Shown piece by piece: positions 1 to 20,000 of a DNA stretch of 20,000 nt. This DNA is from Priapulus caudatus (taxonomy: Eukaryota): assembly GCF_000485595.1 (NCBI RefSeq), contig NW_014577071.1:377878-397877 (forward strand), in the 5' to 3' direction. The notes beneath the pieces are model-generated. The model saw only the letters and a program-made list of their open reading frames with translations, made no database searches and was not told the origin of the DNA. Both the position numbers and the translations under genes were made by a program. The number at the start of each line of letters is the position of its first letter. The first letter of the stretch is position 1.

Positions 1-19881
<19,881 letters not shown>

Positions 19882-19945
19882 CTGAAGTGATGGAATTTTA
19901 AACAAGAAGCGTGCGGTAACTTGCTATTTCCTATCTCTTTCTTTT

Positions 19946-19948
<3 letters not shown>

Positions 19949-20000
<52 letters not shown>
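19949..20000. repeat. (CT)n microsatellite
   Basis: Seen directly; runs off the window. Confidence 0.95.

Overview
Animal genomic DNA (draft assembly, two N-gaps, many microsatellites). The window is almost entirely one minus-strand, multi-exon gene for a TRPN/NOMPC-family mechanosensitive TRP channel. I read 24 coding exons by hand with their splice sites. Twenty-three of them encode 25 ankyrin repeats (about AR4-AR29 of the canonical 29, with one repeat exon apparently lost in the 838-N gap). One exon of at least 1124 bp encodes the linker, pre-S1, S1-S5 and pore helix and runs off the left edge. Every exon junction is phase 0, and one intron is GC-AG. The most interesting signal is in the single large intron (5995-12281): a candidate 6-nt in-frame microexon (11399-11404, Asp-Asp) with a CTAAC branch point, a GTAAGT donor and a downstream TGCATG. 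That intron is enriched for sense-strand RBFOX motifs, which suggests regulated splicing of the ankyrin 'gating spring'. Most ORF-track entries are microsatellite artefacts or antisense shadows.
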